A program made the position numbers and the translations under genes. From Anaeromyxobacter sp. (GTDB taxonomy: Bacteria > Myxococcota > Myxococcia > Myxococcales > Anaeromyxobacteraceae), in the NCBI GenBank assembly GCA_049840735.1, contig JASGJN010000020.1, positions 192,001 through 256,000 on the forward strand: a stretch of 64,000 bases of DNA, given 5' to 3'. The notes under the pieces were generated by a model. It searched no databases, was not told the origin of the DNA, and saw only the letters and a list, made by a program, of their open reading frames with translations. Of this stretch, positions 57,997 to 64,000 are shown one piece after another (the first letter of the stretch is position 1; each line of letters begins with the position of its first letter).

Positions 57997-59226
57997 GGGT
58001 GTTCGTGATCTCGGCGCGCCGGACTCTTTTCGACGCGACGAGGGCGCCCCTTCTACACGATTCCGCCCGCGGTTGCGAGCCCATCCCTGCTTTTTTTCAT
58101 CCGGCGCCGAAGCGGGCGCCTGAAGCGCGTCCAGGACGCTGGCCACCAGCGCCTGCATGGCAGCGGGCAGGCCGGCCCAGGTCAGCGCGGCGAGGGGCAC
58201 CCAGGTCCCGGCGCCGCCCTCCCCCACTCCCCCACCCGCCCTGCAGCGGTAGGCCGCGAGGCGCAGGCGGCGGTGCGTCAGCAACCGCTCGGCCTCGGCC
58301 AGCGGCGCTCCGGCCGATATCGGCCCGCCCCCTGCTCCCTCCGCCCACGCCGCAAGGGCGCGCCGCGCCGCCGCGGCGCTCGCTCCCTCGGCCGCCGGGA
58401 AGGCCCGCAGCCCTGCGAAGAGCCCGCGGGACGGCCGCCGCTCCAGCCACACCGCGCCGCCCCGCTCCACCACCGCACAGGCCAGCCAGAGCGGCTTCGC
58501 CTGCGCCCGCTGCCGCGCCTGCGGGACCTCGCGCTCGGCGCCCGCGCGGCGCGCCTCGCAGCCCCGCGCCAGCGGACAGCGACCGCACGCCGGGGCCGGC
58601 CGCGCACAGACCGTGGCGCCCAGCTCCATCAGCGCCTGGTTCCAGTCCCCCGGCCGCGCCGGGTGCACCAGCGCCGCGGCGAGCGCCTCGAGCCGCGCCC
58701 GGACCTCCGGCCGCGCCGGATCCCCGCGCAGCAGGAAGAGCCTGGCCAGCACGCGCGCCACGTTGCCGTCCACGGCCGCGGCCGGCAGCGCGAAGGCGAT
58801 GGAGGCCACCGCGCCGGCGGTGTACGGGCCGAAGCCCGGCAGCGCGCGCAGGGCCTCGAGCGAGCGCGGCAGGCCGCCGTGCGCCGCCAGCGCGGCCCGC
58901 GCGGCCGCCAGCAGGTTGCGGCAGCGCGCGTAGTAGCCGAGCCCGCTCCAGGCCGCGAAGACCTCGGCGTCGTCGGCCGCGGCCAGCGCCTCCAGCGTGG
59001 GCCAGCGCGCCAGGAAGCGGCGGTAGTACGGCGTGGCGGTGGCCACCTGCGTCTGCTGCAGCATCACCTCCGCCAGCCAGACCCGGTACGGATCGGCGGC
59101 GTGCTGCGGGAAGCGCCAGGGCAGGTCGCGGTGGCCGGCGTCCCACCACGCCAGCAGCTGGCGCTGGAGCGCGGCGCGGCGGGCCGGGGGGAGGACGGGA
59201 GCGGTCACGGGCAGGGCTGGCCTCAA
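57970..59226 (-). CDS. mutY: A/G-specific adenine glycosylase
   Basis: [39 protein letters not shown] and Cx6Cx2Cx5C. The C-terminal tail is questionable. Confidence 0.94.
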   Translation of the reverse strand: MRPALPVTAPVLPPARRAALQRQLLAWWDAGHRDLPWRFPQHAADPYRVWLAEVMLQQTQVATATPYYRRFLARWPTLEALAAADDAEVFAAWSGLGYYARCRNLLAAARAALAAHGGLPRSLEALRALPGFGPYTAGAVASIAFALPAAAVDGNVARVLARLFLLRGDPARPEVRARLEALAAALVHPARPGDWNQALMELGATVCARPAPACGRCPLARGCEARRAGAEREVPQARQRAQAKPLWLACAVVERGGAVWLERRPSRGLFAGLRAFPAAEGASAAAARRALAAWAEGAGGGPISAGAPLAEAERLLTHRRLRLAAYRCRAGGGVGEGGAGTWVPLAALTWAGLPAAMQALVASVLDALQAPASAPDEKKQGWARNRGRNRVEGAPSSRRKESGAPRSRTPLTRGGRSV

Positions 59227-59410
59227 GGCCTCGGGTGATCGTCCCCTGGATCCTGCGGAAGCGCAATCGGCGCCTCTCCCGAGCCTGCGGCCGCAGCGTT
59301 GGCCCCATCGCGGCGCCTGACCCCGGCGCCCAGCGACCTCGAGCCCCAGCAGAAGGGCCCGGCCCCCGCGAGGGAACCGGGCCCGCCGGCCTGCAGCGCG
59401 GGGCGCGGAC

Positions 59411-60016
59411 CTACTTCAGCCGCTTCTCCGCCGCCTCCCAGTTGACGTTCTTGAAGAACGCGTCCACGTACTTGGCGCGCTCGGTGGCCTGGTAGTCGCG
59501 CATGAACGCGTGCTCCCAGCCGTCCAGCGCCAGCACCGGCTTGTAGCCCACCGGGACGTTGTCCTGGTGGAGCGAGATGAAGTGGTTGGAGAGCCAGCCG
59601 GTGGCCGGATCCTGGAAGGTCATGGCCCAGCCGATGCCGGGCATGGTGGCCACGGAGCGGAAGTCGGCCAGCCAGACCGAGTAGGAGCCGAAGGACGCCT
59701 CGATGGCGGTGCGCAGCTTGCTGCCGGCCGGCGGCTCGGCCTGCGCGCCTGGGGCGAGGTTCGCGAAGTAGTACTCGTGGTTGATCATCCCCGAGTACTC
59801 GAAGCCCAGCCGGCGGGTCAGCTCGGCGTAGACCGGGTCCGCGCCGGAGGCCTTGCCCTCGCCGGCCAGCCCCTGGAGCTTCTCGGTGAGCGCGTTGGCG
59901 CGCTTCACGTAGCCCTCGTACAGCTTCAGGTGCTCCTCGAGCTGCTTGTCCGAGATGCCGACCAGGCCGCGCACCTTCGAGAAGTCGTGCGGGGTGTAGC
60001 GCTTGACGTCTGCCAT
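59411..60016 (-). CDS. Fe/Mn superoxide dismutase family protein
   Basis: EEHLKLYEGYV, NHEYYF and DGWEHAF, with a GGAGG RBS before MADVKR. Confidence 0.92.
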   Translation of the reverse strand: MADVKRYTPHDFSKVRGLVGISDKQLEEHLKLYEGYVKRANALTEKLQGLAGEGKASGADPVYAELTRRLGFEYSGMINHEYYFANLAPGAQAEPPAGSKLRTAIEASFGSYSVWLADFRSVATMPGIGWAMTFQDPATGWLSNHFISLHQDNVPVGYKPVLALDGWEHAFMRDYQATERAKYVDAFFKNVNWEAAEKRLK

Positions 60017-60274
60017 GTTTGCCTCCGGAAGGCCTGGGGCCCTTGGGCTTCGCGGGCCGGGACGGCCCAGTCCCATCGCGTTGTTGGAGATGCTCGGAGT
60101 TAGGCCCGGCACCCGGATGTGTCAAGGCGCCCATCGGGGGTCGCGCCTGCGTTCACCCACAGAGAAACCGCGGGCGCGGCAGGCCGGCGCGGCGGACCGT
60201 CCCCGCCGGACCCTCGGCGCGCGGCGAGATGCCGGGGCGACACCCACAGGTGCCGCGGTGCTAAGTTGCGCCCC

Positions 60275-61188
60275 ATGCCAGGCCCCTCCCCCTTCCGTCG
60301 CCGCCTCCGGCGCGTGGCCCTGTGGGCCGCGCTGGCCGCGGCGCTGTTCGCTGCGCTGGTGGGGGTGCTGTGGGTCACGAGCCCGATCCCGCCCCTCGCC
60401 CGGACCAACCCGACCACCACCGCGCTCATCGAGCAGCGCCGGGCCGAGGCCAGGGCGCGCAAGCGGACGCTCCGGGTGCGGCGGAGCTGGGTGGGGCTGG
60501 ACCGCATCTCACCGCGGGTGCTGGACGCGGTCATCCTCTCCGAGGACGCGCGCTTCTGGGGTACGAGGGGATCGACTGGGAGGCGACGCGCGACGCCGCC
60601 CAGCACGACCTGGCCCGCGGCAGGTTCGCCCGCGGCGCGTCCACCATCACGCAGCAGCTGGCCAAGAATCTCTGGTTCGGCACCGAGAAGAGCCTCTGGC
60701 GCAAGCTCAAGGAGGCGGTGCTGGCGGCCAAGCTTGAGCGGTCGCTGAGCAAGAAGCGGATCCTGGCGCTCTACCTCAACGTGGTGGAGCTGGACGACGG
60801 CGTGTTCGGCATCGAGGCCGGCGCGCGCGCCCGCTTCGGCGTCAGCGCCGCCGGCCTGAGCACCGCCCAGGCGGTGGTGCTGGCCTCGATCCTGCCGGCG
60901 CCGCGCCGGGCGGATCTGGACCACCCCTCCACCTGGCTGAAGCGCCGCTCGCGCCGGCTGCTGGAGCGCATGGCTTCGGCCGGGCGGATCACCGCGGCCG
61001 AGCACGCGCGCGCGAAGGAAGAGCTGGAGCGCATCCTGGCCGGCGCCGCCCCGGCGGACGACGTGGAGGAGCCGCCGGAGGAGGAGGCGCCGGTGGCGGC
61101 CACCCCGGAGCCCGCGGCGCGGGACGAGGCCGGCGTGCCCGCCGCGCCGGCGAGCGGAGAGGAAGTCCCGGCGTCGGGCGCGCCCTGA
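60275..61188 (+). CDS. mtgA: Monofunctional peptidoglycan glycosyltransferase (apparent indel near 60560)
   Basis: N-terminal TM and SEDARF, then in the next frame GIDW, RGASTITQQLAKNL, RKLKE and YLNVVE. Confidence 0.9.
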
Positions 61189-61292
61189 GCGGGAGCGCAT
61201 CGGTCCTGCCGGCCCCTCGACGGGCGCGAGGCGAACGGCTTCACCTCCGCTGGCGGTGAGCCTGCCGGACCGCGCGCTGGGCGTCGTCCCCG

Positions 61293-62222
61293 CTACGGCA
61301 GCGCCAGGCACCCGCCCTGGCTGCCCAGGCTGCAGGGGGCGCCCTCGCAGCTGACGTCGGCGGGATCGTCCACCCAGGTCAGGCAGCCCGCCTGATCCCA
61401 GCACTGGGCGTAGCTCGCGCTGGCCCCGCCGGACGGCGTGTAGACCACCTCGTCCCGCCCGACCCCGACCCCGTCGAAGCGGCTCGTCACCGTGCGCCAG
61501 CCGCCGTCCTGGTCGCGCTGCGCGTGCACCAGCAGGCCGGGGCCGGCGGTGCCCGCCGCGGTCCACCCGTAGCCGCCGGCGGTGGCCAGCACGCCGAAGG
61601 TGTCCTGCGCCACGTCCACGCCCACGCTGGCCGCCTCGGTCCGGCGGTCGTAGGTGATCACCACCGCGCCCTGCCCCCAGCCCTCCTCGGCCATCCCCAG
61701 CGCCTGGAGCGCGTCGAGGTCGAGGGTGAGCGTTCCGGTCCCGCCGGAGGCGGACGCTCCGTCGAAGACGCCGGTCAGCACCGTCGTCCACTGCAGCGTG
61801 CCCTTCACCCGCGCCTGCGCGGTGAGCGTGAAGCGCGGCACCGCGCCGCCGGCGCGGACGAGCGTCAGGAGCCGCTCGCGGTCGGCGTGGGCCCCGTCCT
61901 CCACGGGCCCGACCACGCGCAGCCCGTCGGCCAGCGTCGAGGCCTCCGACCGCAGCCGCTGGTACTGGGCGAGCGCAGCGCTGGTGGCCTGGTTCATCCC
62001 GCTGGCCGCGCCGGCCGCGGCCAGCCAGGTGGCGGCCGGGCGCGTGTCGCAGGCCGGGGCCGCGGGCGGCGCCGGCACCCACACCTGCAGCTCGGAGCTG
62101 CCCGGGACGCCGCCCAGGTCCGCCGCGCCCGCCGGCGGGATCGCGCTGTTGGACCAGCTGCCGCCGCAGCCCACCAGGGCGGCCAGGGCCGCCAGCGCGG
62201 CCAGCCTATTCACCGAACGCAT
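61293..62222 (-). CDS. Hypothetical lipoprotein with Cys-rich C-terminus
   Basis: Lipobox LVGC, beta-rich body, QCWDQAGC...C....C......C. Confidence 0.75.
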   Translation of the reverse strand: MRSVNRLAALAALAALVGCGGSWSNSAIPPAGAADLGGVPGSSELQVWVPAPPAAPACDTRPAATWLAAAGAASGMNQATSAALAQYQRLRSEASTLADGLRVVGPVEDGAHADRERLLTLVRAGGAVPRFTLTAQARVKGTLQWTTVLTGVFDGASASGGTGTLTLDLDALQALGMAEEGWGQGAVVITYDRRTEAASVGVDVAQDTFGVLATAGGYGWTAAGTAGPGLLVHAQRDQDGGWRTVTSRFDGVGVGRDEVVYTPSGGASASYAQCWDQAGCLTWVDDPADVSCEGAPCSLGSQGGCLALP

Positions 62223-63804
62223 ATTCCACTCCTCCCAGCACCTCGCCGATGCCGAGGCTCTGGTCCTTCTCGCCCTTGGCGCTGTAGTGAAGCCAGCTCA
62301 CCCGGCCCCGCAGCACGGCCGAGAGGCGCGGCGTGAACGCCCAGGCCGCGCCGGCCGTCAGCCCGGGGACCACGGCGTGGTAGTCCTGCGCCGGCAGCTG
62401 CGCGTCGGGCGCGAAGGTGCGGCTCAGGTACAGGTAGCCGACGCGGACGCCGCCGGAGAGGGTCAGCCGGTGGAGCCGCCACTCCTTCCGGAGCGAGAGC
62501 CCGCCAGCCAGCTCGGTGAAGTCGAACCGGACCCCCGGCGCGCCGCCCGGGCCCGCCGCGGTGCCGCTCCCGCCGCCCGCCGCCAGGTCCATCCCCCAGA
62601 CCAGGTCGTGCCCCAGGTCGTCGCGCGCCGCCAGCTCCGCGCCGGCCAGCAGCGCCGGCGGGAAGAGCCCGCTCCGCTCGGCGCGGTCGAAGAACGCCTG
62701 CGAGCCCACGCCGACGGTGGCGGCCCAGCGCCGTCCGCCGAAGCCCTTCTGCGGGTCGCGCTGCAGCGCCAGCCGGTCCATGCGCGCGTCGTCCACCAGC
62801 ACCGGCGCCTCGCCCAGGGACACGGGCGTCACCAGCAGCCCCGAGTCGTCCCCCAGCCGCTTCTTCACGGTGTAGCGGCCGGGCGGGAGCGCCACCCGGC
62901 GCGGACCGCCGGGCGCCTTGGCCACCTCGGCCACCGCCCGGCCGTTCGCGTCGAGCACCACGTAGAGCCCTTGCGCCTCGGCCGGGAAGACCAGCCCGCC
63001 CGCCACCGGCGCCAGGTCGGAGAGGACCACGTCCCCGGCGCCGCCCAGGTCGTAGAGGAAGACCGGGTGCTGCACGCCGGCCGCGCTCCCGGCGGTGGCC
63101 CCGACGGTGCGCTGGTAGGCGTAGGCGTAGGCCTCGGAGAGCGTCACCTTGCCGTCGCCGGAGACGTCGGCGCCGCCCAGCAGCCCGGAGGCCAGGTGGT
63201 GCGTGAAGTAGCTGGCGCCGATGGCGTCGGACTCCTGCGAGTCCTCGTCCGCGGCCGAGGAGGCGATCAGCACCAGGCCGGACGGCGCGCCCTCGGCGGG
63301 CGTGACCTCGAAGCTGGGCGCCGGGCGGACGCCCTTGGCCCGCGTGATGGCGCCGGCCTGGCAGGAGTCGAGCAGCCCGATGCGCACGTCGGCCGGGGCC
63401 GCCTCCAGCGCGGCGCGCAGCTCGGCCAGCGGCAGCGGCTGGCCGCGGAGCAGCAGGGCGCCGTCGCGGGCGTGGCCGGAGTAGTAGACCAGGACGAGCG
63501 TCCGCTCGCCGCGGGCCCGGGCCGCGCCGGCGCGGGCGGAGAGCTCGGCCAGCGCGCGCCGGAAGGCGCCTGCGCCGCCGGAGAGCAGCAGCCGCGCGTC
63601 CCCGTCCTGCACGCCGCCCACCGAGGTGAGGATGCCCAGCATGCGGCGGGCGTCCCGCTCGGCGTAGCGCAGCCGCACCGTCCCCGGCCCGCCGTCCGGC
63701 TCGCCGGCCACCAGGGCGAAGCGGTGCGGCTCGCCGGCGGAGGCCGCCGCCGGCGGGAGCGCCAGCGCCAGGGCCAGCGCGGCGCGCCGGAGCGCTCGGG
63801 TCAC
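62206..63804 (-). CDS. Exported caspase-like (peptidase C14) protein with C-terminal beta-barrel-like domain
   Basis: Signal peptide, RFALVAG, LRYAERDA, YYSGHA, LDSCQAG, SYFTHHL..GL.G.AD..GDGKVTL.EAY. C-terminal strands end GGVEYAF. Confidence 0.85.
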   Translation of the reverse strand: MTRALRRAALALALALPPAAASAGEPHRFALVAGEPDGGPGTVRLRYAERDARRMLGILTSVGGVQDGDARLLLSGGAGAFRRALAELSARAGAARARGERTLVLVYYSGHARDGALLLRGQPLPLAELRAALEAAPADVRIGLLDSCQAGAITRAKGVRPAPSFEVTPAEGAPSGLVLIASSAADEDSQESDAIGASYFTHHLASGLLGGADVSGDGKVTLSEAYAYAYQRTVGATAGSAAGVQHPVFLYDLGGAGDVVLSDLAPVAGGLVFPAEAQGLYVVLDANGRAVAEVAKAPGGPRRVALPPGRYTVKKRLGDDSGLLVTPVSLGEAPVLVDDARMDRLALQRDPQKGFGGRRWAATVGVGSQAFFDRAERSGLFPPALLAGAELAARDDLGHDLVWGMDLAAGGGSGTAAGPGGAPGVRFDFTELAGGLSLRKEWRLHRLTLSGGVRVGYLYLSRTFAPDAQLPAQDYHAVVPGLTAGAAWAFTPRLSAVLRGRVSWLHYSAKGEKDQSLGIGEVLGGVEYAFGE

Positions 63805-64000
63805 CGCCCCTCCCGCCGCAGCGGCCGGAGCACCACGGTGGCGCCGGGCGAGGAGGCCGCGGCGCCGGGCCCGCCCGCCTGCAGCCGCGCCACCAGCGCC
63901 GCCCCGTCCACCGGCCGATCGTCCAGCACCACCACCAGCGTCCCCTCCCCGCCGCCCGTCCACTCGAAGGCCTCGGTGAGCGGGCCGGTCCGCGCCGGTC
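63801..64000 (-). CDS. C-terminal part of an upstream protein coupled to the caspase-like gene (possibly DUF4384/anti-sigma-like)
   Basis: Open frame ...GPLTEAFEWTGGGEGTLVVVLDDRPVD...REGR*, whose TGA overlaps the caspase GTG (GTGA). Confidence 0.55.
   Translation of the reverse strand, partial: PARTGPLTEAFEWTGGGEGTLVVVLDDRPVDGAALVARLQAGGPGAAASSPGATVVLRPLRREGR

Overview
Very GC-rich bacterial chromosomal window. Gene content and protein style point to Myxococcota, probably Anaeromyxobacter-like (inference). The right half (35.7-57.9 kb, minus strand) holds the core translation clusters: str operon, S10-spc cluster, secY-adk-map, alpha operon and rpsP-khpA-rimM-trmD-rplS. rplC and infA are missing from their usual slots, and a degenerate SMC/Rad50-like gene lies where rnhB often sits. 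The left half and far right end carry accessory and housekeeping genes. The most unusual locus is at 3.5-8.35 kb: tandem enhancer-like palindromes and a sigma54-like promoter precede a cGAS/DncV-like (SMODS-type) nucleotidyltransferase with substituted catalytic acids, a membrane histidine kinase, a sigma54 response regulator and an OMPLA-like (HxSNG) lipoprotein. Also notable are a 79-bp tandem array of REP/BIME-like hairpin elements with covarying stems (19.2-20.0 kb), a ~170-nt structured intergenic element (32.2-32.4 kb), a MinD-like ATPase plus J-like/HTH module, and a secreted caspase-like/lipoprotein module at the right edge. About a dozen small indels break genes, including essential ones, and most likely reflect assembly error. 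No rRNA, tRNA, CRISPR array or transposase was recognised.
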